A stretch of DNA of 64,000 nt, taken from assembly GCA_963575745.1 (NCBI GenBank), contig CAUYUJ010000203.1, forward strand, positions 62,001 through 126,000, in the 5' to 3' direction. A program made the translations under genes and the position numbers. Shown piece after piece: positions 35,398 through 49,300 of this stretch (positions are counted from its first letter, which is position 1; each line of letters starts with the position of its first letter). Source of the DNA: Prorocentrum cordatum. Taxonomy: Eukaryota. The notes under the pieces are model-generated. The model was not told the DNA's origin. It saw only the letters and a program-made list of their open reading frames with translations, and did no database searches.

Positions 35398-38300
35398 GCG
35401 TGGCGAAGTCTCCGCGGAGCCCCCTAAGCGCGGCAGCAACGGGGCGGCACCGTGTGGCAGCAGGCGGCAAAACCTCGGCGGAGCCATTCGATGCCTCAGC
35501 AACGCAAGTTGGAACGCCGAAGGGCAAGCACTGCCTGGGAATCGCCAGAAGCACTACGAGCATCGGTCAGCGTTGGCAGCACTAGCAGATGTTGTGGCAC
35601 CCTTGTCATTATCCAGTTGCGTTGCTGCGAATGCTAGCCAACAAAAATGGGGAAAGCAGCGCAGCAGCGCTCAAGCACGTCATGTGGTCTCTGCGCACAG
35701 TGGGGCCGTTAGGGGGCGGGGGCCTTGTTGCCATCGGGGGGCAGTTTCTGGCAGGGGCCGTCCCGAGTCGACGAGCGCGTTCCACTACTCGCAAAGTAAC
35801 TACTCGCAAGTGGCCTGGATCCCCCGCGGGGGATCTACCTGGATCCCCCGCGGGGGATCTACAATAAATGTTCGGCGCTTCGCGAATCCCCACCAGCCCA
35901 TCCAGAAACGATGCCCAGAGGAATTGCCTCGATCAGGGAAGTGGGCAGCACACAGAGGAAGCCAGTATGAGACATCTTGGGATATCTTGAGACATCTAGG
36001 AGGTCTGGGCTCTCCCAGGCGCTCTTGGAGTCATCTTAATCAGTGCCCCCCCCCCAAGAGGCCAACATGTGGCTAACACCTTCGTAACATCAATGATTTG
36101 GCATTCTCGCCGAGGCCTCTTGGAGCACCTTGGGTGCCTCTGCGGGGTCGCTTGGGGCCTGTTGGGGGTCTCTTGGGAGTCTCTTGGGGGCATCCTGGGG
36201 GCCTCTTGGGGCTTCCTGGCCCCCTCTTGGGGCCATCTTGGGGCACCCTTGGGAGCCGTGGCGCCATCTTTGGGCCATCTTGGGTGAGATCGGTCACAGG
36301 AGGGGGGGTGTTCGATTAGTGTCCCCCCCCCCCCCCAAGAGGCCAAAATGGTGCCAAAACCATAGTAAAACAAATGATGTTGGCTTCCTCGCCGAAGCCG
36401 TTTTGGACGCCCTGACACCTCGCGACCCCCTCCGTCCAGGTCTAGGGGAGGGGGTAGGGGGAGGGGTAAACCCCTCCCCGAAGGGGAAGAAGGAGGGGTG
36501 GAAGAGCACTTTGCGAGTAGTGGAACGCGCTCGGCGACTGAGGGTTTTTGTTGGGCAGTCTCCTCGGGAGGTGGGGCCGTAACGGGCTCGCCTTTGGGCT
36601 GTGATTGGGCCGTCTCGGACTGGGTCTGGCCCGTTCTCCTGGGCCGCAGTTGCGCTGCTCAAGAGCGGTCCGAAGGCCGTCCAGTGACCATCCAGAGGCA
36701 GAGCCCTCTGAGGCGTGGGCACATTGTCCAATAGGGTTGAACGCGTACATGGCCATTGCAGTCAATGCGCTTGTTAGGGATGCGCGCCTGCTCTGGGGTA
36801 CCCTCGTGTCCTTGCCTCTGTCCTCTGCGGACCGTTCTTTGCCGTCCGTTTCCAATGGCCATTCTCTCAGGGTATATTTGTGGTTTGGTCACCCGCAGCC
36901 CAAGACATCTTGACTTCGGCATGGAAGGGTCTTGCGTTCCTACCCCGTCCTTATTATACGGTTTCACGATACGCCATTACGCTTACGTTAGACAGCAGTA
37001 TTTTCACATTCCATTGCAGAGTCAGGTTCGCGGAAGCCCCCAAATGCTCACCGTCAGTGCTAACGGAGCAGGGTCCACGTGCACGTGTACGCCAGCGAGA
37101 AGACAGAGTCATTATTGTCATAGTAACCGGTGTGATCTCGCACTGCATTATTTCGACCGTTTCTGCCTGGATGTGCTGGAATATGTCGGTGTACTGCCTC
37201 GATGTGCTGGTGTCCGTGTGCTGGGATCGGTGGTGTAAGATGTGTCGGACGTACTGGGGTGTGCGTTGGGGGCTAGGATGCATGCTGTGATGTGTTGGAA
37301 CACGTGCTGGCCGTGCCCCCTGGCACGTGTCGGTGCGCGCTGGGGGTGCTGGGATGCTTGGGTGTTGGCTCCCCCCCCGCCCCTGTCCTATTGTTCCCGC
37401 TCGATGCCAACGCAACCGGGATACGAATCGTCATTATTGGGTGGGTGCTGGATGGCACGTGTTTCATCAGTACGACAAGAAGGTGGCAGTGGTAGAGCAT
37501 GCGTCATTACAACCAATGGTTTCTACTTTCACGATTACAATTGGAATTGGATCTCAAAGCGCAAAGGCAACGGAAACGGGTCATATAACCACGTGCACTT
37601 CGGAAAATGGTTGTCGAATGGAGATGACCTCACAGACTGCCGATTGATGAAGGAATGTGCGGCTTAGCCGCACGTTGCCTTGGACTTGATGATGGATTGG
37701 GTCATTAACTTTACCGTGTCCTTGACCATGAGCGGAATGTGCAACTCAGGCGCATGTATCCCTCCCTGTATTTACCTGTTCTAGAAGATCAACATAACGC
37801 TGTTGACCAAGAACGTGGGTATGAGCTGGCGTTGCGGGATACGTCAGTCTGCTTCGCCCCGCTCTACCAGGACAAGATGCCATCCCGTCGCATGCGCTGT
37901 AAAACGTTTTGGATCTTGGCGCCGTGGGCGCCCAGTGTCCCTGGGGATGGCATGAAGTCTGGCAGCTCCGAAGGAAGCATCATGTCGGGCCTATTCATCC
38001 TGCCGCGGATGGGGATTCATACGACTCCTTCCTCGCCGTCTCCCGCCGCCGACGCCCCACACCGCCGGTGGTCATCGCGTATACCGCAGTTGCATTGGGC
38101 TGAGAGTCGGTGGAAGAGGGGCGCGCCCTCGGCTGGCTGGCTCCCCTCCCTACGCATGCCTCTCTGCACGCCTCCGCTTCACAGAACCATAGTGTAGCCA
38201 TGTCGAACACAATAGCCTACTGAGGTGATGAGCGCATTGACGACTCCAGAGCAAGTTGATACGCGGATCATTATGCCAGCATTTTCCGAGCCCACGGCAA

Positions 38301-38585
38301 ATAAGTAGCAATGATTGATTATGTTCCGACCCTGTGGCGTAATTAATTGAGATTTGCGACGCTCCAGTGGTTCTATCACGATTGCTCCCCAGACCATTCT
38401 CGATGTCGACATTGGCATTTTCCCCGCGCCGCGTCCAGCCGTGGCGACGAGGGGGCCCTTCCTCTCCCCCCCTTCAGCTGGACAGAACTAGCGCGGGGCC
38501 ATCTCAGCCTCCCAGCCGGCTCCAAGCATCTATCCGTGTTTCCGAAGTACGCGATTCTTCTCCCATCTGCCAACCACCACTCGAG

Positions 38586-38631
38586 GCAGCGCTCGAGGGG
38601 TTCGGTGGCTACGACGACGACATGCTCAGCG
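38586..38631 (+). CDS. Host gene exon f (AALEGFGGYDDDMLS-G)
   Basis: AG|G acceptor (alternative CAG gives start 38590) and GC donor gcacga at 38632. GC3-rich codons; in phase with either version of exon e. Confidence 0.6.
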
Positions 38632-39204
38632 GCACGACGGACACTACCGGCATTCACGGCAACATGAACACCGATTCTGGATCTTACCGCCCCCGCGGAG
38701 TGGCAGTGGGAGTAAGGACCGGTTGTGTCGCGACAGCGTGCGCACACGTGGCAGCCTTAGAGTTGTCTCGGAGCGTGCCTGATGCAGTGTATGTCTTAAG
38801 CAGTGTTTGCACTCGGGGGCTCGTGCATCCCTCTTCTAACGAGTTGGGCCCGTCTGGTGGCCCGGCGGCCCCGTTCCCTTCCGTCGCCGCTGTATCATTC
38901 CCCGTACAATGCCCGTCTGTTGGCCCGGCTCGCCCCGTTGCACCCCCTTTCTCGCATCGCAAGTGCTGCGTTGCGTTGCGTTGTGTTGCGTTGTTGCGCG
39001 TTGCGGTGCATTGTTTTGCTTTGCATCGCATTGCGTTGCATTGCGTTGCATCGTTTTGCATTGCTTCGCGTTGGCTAGCATTGCATCGCATTGTTCGCAT
39101 CGGTGATGGTGCATTGCGTGGCGTTGCTTCGCATTGGTTGGTTTGCATTGTTTTGCGTACCTGTGCCCCGCATGGATTCTCCTTTCTGAAAAGAGAACCG
39201 ACTA

Positions 39205-41616
39205 CCCCCCCCGCGTTATCCGCCCCCCTTTCGGGTATGTAAGTCATATCTGGTTCTGACCACACGTCTATCCTAAATATGAATTTGCACTATCCCAGAG
39301 GGGCCGGGATCGGCCCCCCTGAGGTTCCCTTGTAAAAAAACGATACGCGGGGACATCTTTTGTTCTAACATAACACTGTTTCACGAATCCCTTGCAAGAA
39401 ATGGGACGAAGTGCACACGCGCGCGTCGTCGCGCGCGCATGTCGAAATCCTTCAAAAACCTTCGGTGTCGGAAGGGTTTCGCAAACGAGGTCCCAAAACA
39501 CATACAAAAACACAGGGTTTTGCAACACTGATTTGCTAAAAAAGCTTCCCCGCGAGCTCTTGCGGAATCTTAAGAAAACCATAGATTTTTCAAGATTTCC
39601 ACAAACTGCTACCAAGCGAGCTTCGCGCGCACGCATGCCGAAATCTGTCGAACGCCCTTGCGCGTGTGCCGTCGCGAGAATCCTCTGTAAAAAACGGGAC
39701 GAAGTGCAGACGCGCGTGTCGTCGCGCGCGTATGCCGAAATCCTTCAGAACCCATCGGCTTCGGAAGGATTTCAACATCGTGTGTCCAAAAAACCTACAA
39801 CAACACAAGGTTTCGCAACACGGATTTTCAACAAAAGCGTGCGCGCGCGTTCTTGCGTCGTCGTCGTCGTCGTCGCTGTCCTCCCTCTTGCCGCGTCGTC
39901 GTCGTCGTCGCCTACGTCGTCCTCTGTCTTTCCTCGTGTTCGTCGTCGTCGTCCTCTTTTGCGTCGTGGTCGTTTCCGTCGTCGTTGTCGCCGTGGTCGT
40001 CCTTCCTCCTCCTCCCTCGTCGTCGTCGTCGTCCGTCGTCGGCGTCTCGTCGTCGTTCCCCGTATTTCGTCGCCGTCGTCGTCGTCGTTGTCGTCGTCGT
40101 CTTCCCTCCTCCCTCGTCGTTGTCGTCGTCGGCGTCGCCGTCCTTCCTCCTTCGTCGTTCGCGTCGTGGCCGTCCTCCCTCCTCCCTCGTCGTTGTCGTC
40201 GTTGTCGTCGTTGTCGCCGCCGTCGTCGTCCTCCCTCCTCCCTCGTCGTCGTCTTCGTTGGCGACGTCGTCGTCGTCTTCGTCGTCGTCGTTGGGTGTCG
40301 TCGTCGTCCTCGTCGTCGTCGACGTCTGCGTCGCCGTCGTCGCCGCCGTCGTCGTCGTCGTCGTCGTCGTCATCGTTGTCGTCGTCGTTGTCGTCGTCGT
40401 CGTCGGTGTCGTCGTTGTCGTCGTTGTCGGCGTCGTCATCGTCGTCGTCGTTGTCATCGTCGTCGTCGCCGTCGTCGTCGGCGTCGGCGCCGTCGTCGTC
40501 GTCGGTATCGTCGTCGTCGTCGTTGTCGGCGTCGTCGAAGTCGTTGGAGGCGTCGTCGGTGTCGTCGTAGTCGTCGGCGTCTCGTCGTCGTCGTCGTTGT
40601 TGCTGTCGTCGTCGGCGTCGCTGTCTTTGCCAAGTACCATTTGGTACCCACCGTCACGGTCTTAAGAGATTTTGCAAACCAAGTTGCAGGTGGGTGGGTG
40701 GGATCTTTGCGCGAGCAGTGGAGGTGGTCAAGCGCGGTGCAGGGTAGTCAGTTCTCCCCCCCCCCACCCCGGCGTTATCGGCCCCCCTTTCGGATTCTGA
40801 CCACATGTCCATCCTAAATATGAATTTACACTATCCCTGGCCAGCCGGGTTCCCCCCCCTGAGGTTCCCTTATAAAAAACACTATGCGGTGACATTTGTT
40901 GTTCTAACATAACATTGTTTCACGAATCCCTTGCAAGAAATGGGACGAAGTGCACACGCGCGCGTCGTCGCGCGCGCATGTCGAAATCCGTCAAAAACCT
41001 TCGGGGCCGGAAGGATTTTGCAATCGAGTTTCCAAAACACATACAAAAACACAGGGTTTTGCAACACTGATTTGCTAAAAAAGCTTCCCCGCGAGCTCTT
41101 GCGGAATCTTAAGAAAACCATAGATTTTTCAAGATTTCCACAAACTGCTACCAAACGAGCTTCGCGCGCACGCATGCCGAAATCTGTCGAACGCCCTTGC
41201 GCGTGTGCCGTCGCGAGAATCCTCTGCAACAAATGGGACGAAGTGCAGACGCGCGCGTCGTCGCGCGCGTATGCCGAAATCCTTCAGAACCCATCGGTTT
41301 CGGAAGGATTTCAAAATCGTGTGAAAGAAAAAACCTTCAAAACCACAAGGTTTCGCAACACGGATTTTGAACAAAAGCGTGCGCGCGCGCTCTTGCGTCG
41401 TCGTCGTCGTTGTCGCCGTCTTCCCTCCTCCCGCGTCGTCGTCGTTGTCGTCGCCTACGTCGTCCTCTGTCTTTCCTCGTGTTCGTCGTCGTCGTCCTCT
41501 TTTGCGTCGTGATCGTTTCCGTCGTCGTTGTCGCCGTGGTCGTCCTTCCTCCTCCTCCCTCGTCGTCGTCGTCGTCCGTCGTCGGCGTCTCGTCGTCGTC
41601 CCCCGTATTTCGTCGC

Positions 41617-41647
<31 letters not shown>

Positions 41648-42085
41648 TTCCCTCCTCCCTCGTCGTTGTCGTCGTCGGCGTCGCCGTCCTTCCTCCTTCT
41701 TCGTCGTTCGCGTCGTCGCCGTCCTCCCTCCTCCCTCGTCGTTGTCGTCGTTGTCGTCGTTGTCGCCGTCGTCGTCCTTCCTCCTCCCTTGTCGTCGTCT
41801 TCCCTGGTGACGTCGTCGTCGTCTTCGTCGTCGTCGGCGTCGGCGTCGTTGTCGTCGTCGAAGTCGTCGGAGACGTCGTCGGTGTCGTCGTAGTCGCCGT
41901 CGTCGTCGTCGGTGTCGTCGCAATCGGTGTCGGCGGCGCCGTCGTCGTCGTTGTCGCTGACGTCGTCGGCGTCGGTGTCGTGGCCAAGTGTCATGTGGTA
42001 CCTACCGTCACGGTCTTGTTTTAAGAGGTCTTGCGACCAAGTTGCGGGAGGGAGGGTGGGATGTTTGCACGAGCAGTGGAGAGGA
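39205..42085. repeat. Two tandem copies (~39205-40735, ~40755-42085) of a ~1.4-kb unit with a (GTC)n core
   Basis: Near-identical unique heads (tcctaaatatgaattt...cacagggttttgcaacactg) and tails (ccgtcacggtctt...gagcagtggag) around (GTC/CTC)n. Confidence 0.9.
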
Positions 42086-44140
42086 CAGTTTCTAGACGGT
42101 CAAATATTAATTGCACCACCTAGACTGCACCACGTCGATTGCATCATAGATGACACTGCGTACAGTACAAGAACTCACTGTTCGGGGACCACGCTGGTTC
42201 ACATGTTCATAGAATTCTTGACGCTTCGCGTATCCCCACCAGCCCATCCTACACCAGGCACTCGAACGAAGAGCGCCGATGATCGGCAGCTGTTCTTCTC
42301 CCCCTCTTCCTCCTTCTCCTCCGCCTTCTTCCTCCTCCTCCTCTCCTCCTCCCTCTCCTCCTCCTCTTCCTCCATCACGAGTAAGATTCGAATTGGAAGC
42401 CAAGGTAACCCCAAAATGGCTCCAAGATGGCCCCAAGATGGCCCCAAGATGGCCCAACATGGCCCAAAAATGGCCCAATGGCCCCAGGATGGCCCTAGCT
42501 GGCCCCAACATGGCTCCTTAGGGGAAGCTTGGAGGTGGAACATGCTCTTACTCTTGACTTTGGAAAACCATTGACTTTACACCATTCTGAAAAGTCAAGA
42601 GTAAGAGCCGAATTGGAAGCCAAGGTAACCCCAACATGGCTCCAAGATGGCCCAAGATGGCCCCAAGATGGCCCCAAAGGCTCAAAGATAGCCCAACATG
42701 GGCGTCTGGGGTCCTTTTAGACGCCATCGGGGCGCTCTGGGGGGGCATCTTGGAGCAAATGTATCAAAGAAGAGCAGAGCTTTAATTAGCGTTGCCCCTC
42801 CAGACTGTCTAAAATCGCTTCCTGGACCCCTCTTGGATCGCTCTTGGAGCGCTCTTGGACGCTGTTGAGGCAGTCTTGAGGCTCTCTTGGGCCCCTGTTG
42901 GGGCCCAGTTGGGACATCTTGGCGCCATCTTGAGGCCTCGGATGGGCTTCGGAAGCGAAAAAGTGAGAACACCAAAAACATTGATTTTCCCTAGGGTTTT
43001 GAAGCATTTCTGCCTTTTGAGGGCACTCTAATGATGCTCTTGTGGGCACTTGGAACCATCTTGGAGCGGTCTTGGAGCGTGTTGGAGCGTCTTCTGAACC
43101 ATCTTCAGGCATCTTGCGCTATCTTGAGCCATTTTGGAGGCGATCTTGGGCTCTCTGAGGCCCTCTTGGAGCCGTCCTGGGCCATCTTGGACGCTCTGAC
43201 CGCTCCCCGCCCCTCCTGTCCAGGTCAGTGGGGAGGCGGTAGGAGGAGGGGTAAACCCCTCCCCGAAGGGGAAGAGGGAGGGGTGGAAGAGGAAACGCCC
43301 TAAACCACCGACGCCCAGAGGGCTGGTGGGATTCTATATTGTTTCTAAAAGGTGGTACAGGACGTATGGGGGAAGAGCAGGGAGGAGGAGGAGGAGGAGG
43401 AGAAGGGAGGGAGAGGAGGACGAGGGAGAGGAAGGCAGGGAAGAAGGTAGAGGCCGCAAACAACGGCTGCCTTGAACTTCCCAAAGCCTTTCCTGCCATT
43501 CGAAGACACTCTCAATCTACAGCCTCCTCTCCCTGGGAGGAGAATGGTGAGGAAGGAGGCTGGATGACGATGAGGGTAAGGAGGACGCAGAGGAGGAGAG
43601 AGGAACGATGAGGGAGGACGGAGTGGTTCAAGTACTGGAGAGGGGACCGCTCGCTCCATGGACTTCGCGCCCCACTGATCCCGATGAGGGTAGGTCCATT
43701 CTCGCACCGCTGGACCAGCTCTGGCGATGGCTGCGCTGCGCTGCGCTCGCATGTGTCGCAGGTGGCGTGTGCTTCTCCCGCTCCCCCTTGGACTACGTAA
43801 GTCGGGCCCGTCCCTCTCCAGGAGGAGTTCTCAAGCATAGTAACAACATGTCCTGTGGACGACTGTTGATGATTCTTTGTTGTGATGTTTGAGCATCTTT
43901 GGGTTATGTTTTGCTTGTCGTTAGAAATCTGCCTGTAGGGGTGCCGACGCCTGTGAGGCTGTGTGAACGCGAACCTCCCGATGGATGAAAGAATGAGGCA
44001 GAGGCACTTGTTTTGAGCCTGAAGATTTGGCTGAACTCTCCGCGTCGCGGCCGCCGTTTCGCGAGTTTTGTGATCCCGTATTGGACACGCCCTTTTTTTT
44101 CTCCTGCAAACTCACTCAAGCAATCCTCGCGGCCATGCTT

Positions 44141-44141
<1 letters not shown>

Positions 44142-44210
<69 letters not shown>
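44142..44210. repeat. Poly(T) tract followed by (AT)n
   Basis: Direct inspection. Confidence 0.9.
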
Positions 44211-44216
<6 letters not shown>

Positions 44217-44482
44217 AAAAAATGTACTGGACACGCCCGACCTGACCACGCCCTCGACGGCCGCGGCCCCCGCAGCGAACCCCCCCGGGGGACCCGCGCC
44301 CCCCCCCGTGCCCCCTGCTCGCGGGCCTCCCCGGGAGCGGGGCGCGCCCCCGCCCGCGGCGGCGCCCTGCCCCGGCTCACGCGTGGGCGAGCGCGTGCGC
44401 CCAGCCATGGGCATGGAGGCGGAGGAGGAGGAGGAGGATGGAGGAGGAGGATGGAGGCGGAGGAGGAGGATGGAGGAGGATG

Positions 44483-44523
44483 TCCGTAGCCATTTTGGCT
44501 CAAGTCCGTAGCGGTTGCTCAAG
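44483..44523 (+). other. Spliced leader (44483-44504) plus degenerate second SL TCCGTAGCGGTTGCTCAAG (44505-44523)
   Basis: Exact SL match followed by a 19-nt copy conserving TCCGTAGC and GCTCAAG. Confidence 0.93.
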
Positions 44524-44646
44524 GATTTGAGATCTGGCAGGGGGGATCGCGCGGCCCCCGACAGCTTTCCCTTGCGTTCGCCCGCCAGGCATCTTCCACA
44601 TCACGTTCAGGCTATCGAAGCGCCACTTTCACTGCCCACATCCTCG

Positions 44647-45963
44647 ATGGCTCCTTCTTCGTCTCGCTTCACTTATAACCCGTGGGCGCAAGCATCTGAG
44701 GGTGATGACGGGGAAGGGGAGTGGCAGGTCAAAGGCGGTGGCAAGTGGTACAACAAATTCAAGTCGCCCATCAAGTGCCCAGGTTGTGGGTGTCGTAAGA
44801 ACGCTCCCTCGGCGAAGTGGTGCAAAAACTGTCATGGTCCTCTCCCTCAGGTTCCAACTACTCCTGGTCGCTCTGGCCCTCTTGCTCTGTCCTACTGGTC
44901 GAGACCGCCTGGGTGGTTCGGCGCTGCCTCTGGGAATAAAGGAGGGCCTGGTGGTAAAGGCGTCGGCAAAGGCAAAGGCAAGGGTTTCAATGATGCGTTT
45001 CGGTTCGAGTGGCATGGTTCAACCCCAGGAGGCCAGCTGCAGCCCGCAGGGATGGGAGGGGGTGCCCCGCCGCTCCCCGCTGGACTTGTTCCTGCGCTGT
45101 CCGTCGATGAAGCTAAGCAGATGGCCTCCCTGTCGTACAAGGCGGGGGATGCTACGAGGGCTACGAGGGGCAAGTACTATACCGACGTGGCGGCCAGCCT
45201 GGAGGCCGCCAGCAAGCCTACGGAGATCAATGTCCACCAGCAGGTTCAACAGCAGCATGCCGCAGTCCGTCGCCTGGAGAAGCAGCTCGAGGGACAGCTC
45301 ACTCGCTTGCTCAAGTGGAAGCAGGAGACTGCAGAGCTGGAGGAGCAGGTTCGCCAGTCGCGGGACCAGCTCGGCAAGGCCGATGAGGAGTACAAAGCGG
45401 CGGTCGAACGGCTTCGTGACAGCAGTGGCGCAGGCGCGACAGGCGCTGGAGAGACCTCGGCTCCGCGCAGCACTCCAGCCATCCCGCTGCGGGACATCAT
45501 GGAGGGCAAGTTCGATCTCACGAGCATTATCAAGTTTGACATTATGGAGGAGTTCGAGAGCAGCGAGTACGATGTCACGATGGAGATCGCAAGGAGTACC
45601 AGACTCGGCTGGAGAAGTTGCAGTCTGGCGTGCAGGACCTGTCCAAGTCATTGTTCGAGCAGCTCACCTCTACGGCCGCGGAGGTCAAGGCAGCCCATCT
45701 GGCTCACAAGGCACGGCTTCAGCGCAAGCGACGTAAAGGTGACGATGGCGAAGGACTTCCTGTTCAGGACGATGACGATGCAGGTCGCGGTGCCGCGGCA
45801 GGTGGAGGAGAGGCTGCTGCGCCTTCTGAGCCAGGCGCCGCGTCTCAGCCTGCTGCGAGGCCTGCCGCTGCTGCTGCAGCCGCTGACATTCGAGCTCGGG
45901 TTGACCAACATTTGTCAGGTGTTCCCCCCCCCTCGCTTGAGGGGGGGCGGCCTAGTGGTGTAA
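44647..45963 (+). pseudogene. Element 2 ORF1: C4 zinc finger, GKGKGKG motif, coiled coil (frameshift near 45590)
   Basis: CPGCGCRKNAPSAKWCKNC; GKGVGKGKGKG; heptad region RRLEKQLEGQLTRLLKWKQETAELEEQVRQ. 3' end approximate. Confidence 0.72.
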
Positions 45964-46389
45964 ATTGTGGCACTCCGAGCTCGGGTGACTTGTCCTCTTT
46001 TTTTCAACTTTTTGGCAGGCCGAGTCTCTTCTGTTGGCTCTCAGTACAGAAGTCAGGCTTGCGCTTGGCGCGCAAGCTACACTCGATGTCCCAGGGCGTC
46101 TCCGAGTTTTTTCCTGCTCCAATTTTTCCTTGGGACCCTCATCCTGTGCCCCCAGGTGACCGTGAAATCCCTGATCCTCGTCCCTCTTCTCCCTGGTCTG
46201 GCAGATCAGACGTTGAGCGATGGTCCCGCAGCCATGGTGTCGCGCGCTTGCCGCCATCCGATCTTTTTTGCTGGAGCAAGTACGGTCAGGGCCTCCAGTC
46301 GGGGAGGGGCTATGGACTGGTCAGCCCCCGCCCCTGCGCCTCCAGCGACGTCTGGTCCAGCCAGGCCACAGAGTTGCGGGCTCGACGAA

Positions 46390-49300
46390 GGCCTGCCGGT
46401 GTCCACCGTGAACGCCAACTGCTGGGGCACACTGAAAAAAACTACCTTACGAGCAGTGTATCGCATATCGTTATCGCGCAGGAGCATCGCCTACGAGGTG
46501 ACGACGATATTGCAACGGCCGCGAAAGGGACCAAGTTTTTGGGTTGGGAGTCGCTCTGGGCTCCTGGTATAGTTGGCGAGGGCGGGGACACCTCCTCTGG
46601 GGTCGGCGTCATTGTGCGTGACGCGCTCGGCATGTTCGAGCACCAGGACGAGATCGTGCTGGCCGAGGGCCGCGCGATAGCAGCCATGGTGCACGTGCCA
46701 GGGTGCGCCACCTTCTGCGTCTTCTCCCTCTACCTCCGCCACAGCGAAGGTCTGTCAGAGGCCAACTTGTCTATCTTAAAATCAGTGGGGGGAATTTACC
46801 GGGGGTTTAGAATGCGATTTCATCATTGGGGCTGACTGGAATTTCCCCCCCGAGGCTTTGGCTGCGTCTGGCTTCCATGCTAAGGCTAATGGGGTGATTG
46901 TCAGTTCCTAAGGGCACGCTCACTTCCCCAGGGTCGGCACCCCCGAACGTTTTGATTTGTTCGTTGTGTCGCGCGCCCTCTCCCTCGGTCTCAAGCAGAT
47001 CGATGTGCAGGGGGACTCGCCCATCCACCCTCATAGACCTGTGTCTCTGCGTTTCCACGCGTCTGTTGGTGATCTCAAGGCTCTCGCCTTCCGACGCCCG
47101 CATGACCTTCCTGTGGGGCCACCGGTTGGCCCGCAGCCTGAGCCTGGGTCGTGGGAGGTCCCCCTTGGGCTGGCGCGCGAGGCTTTTCGGGCGGTGCAAG
47201 AGGGCGAAGGTGATCGTGCTCGTGCTATGCTGGCCCCTGGATACCGTGCGTGGGCCAACTCGGCCGAGCGGGACCTCAGCGCCATCATGGGGGTGATGGT
47301 TCCTAGGGGGGCCAGGGGTAAGCGGCCGCAGATGCATTGGAAGAGCATTCCGGAAGAAGGGGGCCGTGAGCCTAATCCTACCCTCAGGTCGGTGCTTTGG
47401 TTGAGCAGCCAACTTCGTGCTCCCAGGTGCTACTTAAGCTCTGAGGGCCTTCTAGATGGAGGTCGTCAGGTGCTGGCGGCGCTCGCGGAGCCGCCGACGA
47501 CGGTGGCGGTGGCAGAGAACTCAGACTATGCGCCTCTTTTTCGCACTGCCGCTGGCTTAGCGCGTAGTCTGCTGCGCTCGGTGGACGATCCCGAGGTGGC
47601 CGCCGACCTCGATCGGCACATCTGCGAAGTTTCTGAAGCTTGTGTCACTGCTAAGGCATCCGCGGCCAAGTCCTCTCGGATGGCATGGTGCGAATGGGTG
47701 CGTCAAGGGCTCGAGAAAGGGACGCGTAATGCGCAGAGGGCTATTCGGGACCCTGTGGCCTGGGCTCCCACCACAACTCTCTGTCGCTCAGGCATTGCGG
47801 TGTCAGATCCCATGAGCTTGCTCAAGGCTGAATCGGCCAAGTTTATTTCTATCTGGGGGGAAGGTGCTGGCCAGGGTCTTTGCGGTAAGGAATTGTTGTC
47901 ATGCCCCCCCCCCTTCTCGAGCCCGACATCATCAGGGCCATGTCCAAGAAATATCGGCCTGCCTCTGCTGTCAGCTTGGACGGCTTCCACTGCCGTCATT
48001 TCAGCCTGCTCCCTGACGAGGCTCTGATGGCTCTTTTTCTGTGGTTCTCGGTCATGGAGGCCACGGGGTCCTTGCCTGTCCAGCTCTCTTGGGTGCTGGT
48101 CGCCTTGTTGGCCAAGCCCTGCGGGGGCTTCCGGCCCATCGGGATTTTTCCGAGCTGGTACCGTGTCTGGGGCAGGTGCCGTCGTTTCGAAGCTCTTCGT
48201 TGGGAAATCCAGCACAGCCGCCATTACTGGGCGGCGGGGGCTCACCGTGGTGCGGGGGGCGTGGTCTGGAGGCAGGCTTTCAGAGCGGAGTCGGGGACGG
48301 TCAGAGGTCAGGTCAGCGCGTCTATGTTTTGGGATTTGCGTAAGTACTACGATCACATAGACCTCGGCTTTCTTTGGGCCACGTGTAAGCATCATCAGTT
48401 TCCTTTGGAAATCGCGCGCCTCGCGATTCACGCCTACTCCTGCGCGAGGTTCATGACCCTGGGGGGAAGTGTCGACGGCCCCTTCTATGCCCTGAGAGGG
48501 ATCGTCGCGGGTTGCACCTTCGCGACGAGCCTTATTCGGGCGTTTGCCTTAGAGGCTTTCGACTCCATCCCGAGGGGACCTGATTTTGACGTTTATGTTG
48601 ACGATTTGAGCCTCAGCGCGACAGGCAAGCCCAGCTGTGTTTCGAAGCTTCTTGTTTCAGGCGCTAGAGCTCTGCACTCTGCGATCACGACGAATATCAA
48701 GTGCAAGCTGGCTATGGACAAAGTTGGCATGGTCTCCAGCAGCAAGCACATTTCTGCTGCGCTCTCGGCTGAGCTCGGGGACTTAGTTGGCGATCCAGCT
48801 TGCACTCGGGTGACCAACTTAGGTGTGGATTTCACGGCTGGCAGAGCGGTCAGAGCTCCTGGAAAGAATCGGAGTTCCAAGGCTAAGCAGAGGGCGGCAG
48901 CGGCCCTCAGGAAAGCTCGCCGTCTCGGGAGATTGGGCCCCACTCTGGGGCGCAAGGTGGTTAACATCTTCACCTCTGGACCCTTAGCTGGGACTGTGTA
49001 TGGTTCGGACTTGCATGGGGTCTCTGACCGTGAGCTGCTGTCGCTTCGACGATTGGCCATGTCTTGCGTTAAACCCTCTGTCCAGGGTAGGTCCCTTGCC
49101 GTTTTGTGTCTTTTAGAAAGGACCCCACGTGGAGGGCCAGCTGCGCCCCTATCATCCGCTGGGCCAAGGAGGTGTGGATCCGTCAGGCGAGGGCCTTTGA
49201 GTGGGCCCTGAGCTGGGCCGAGCTTCGGACTGGGTGGAGTTCGGTTTTTCAAAAAAGACGACTGGACCTGGGCCAAAGTTTCGGGACCTATCTCAGGGCT

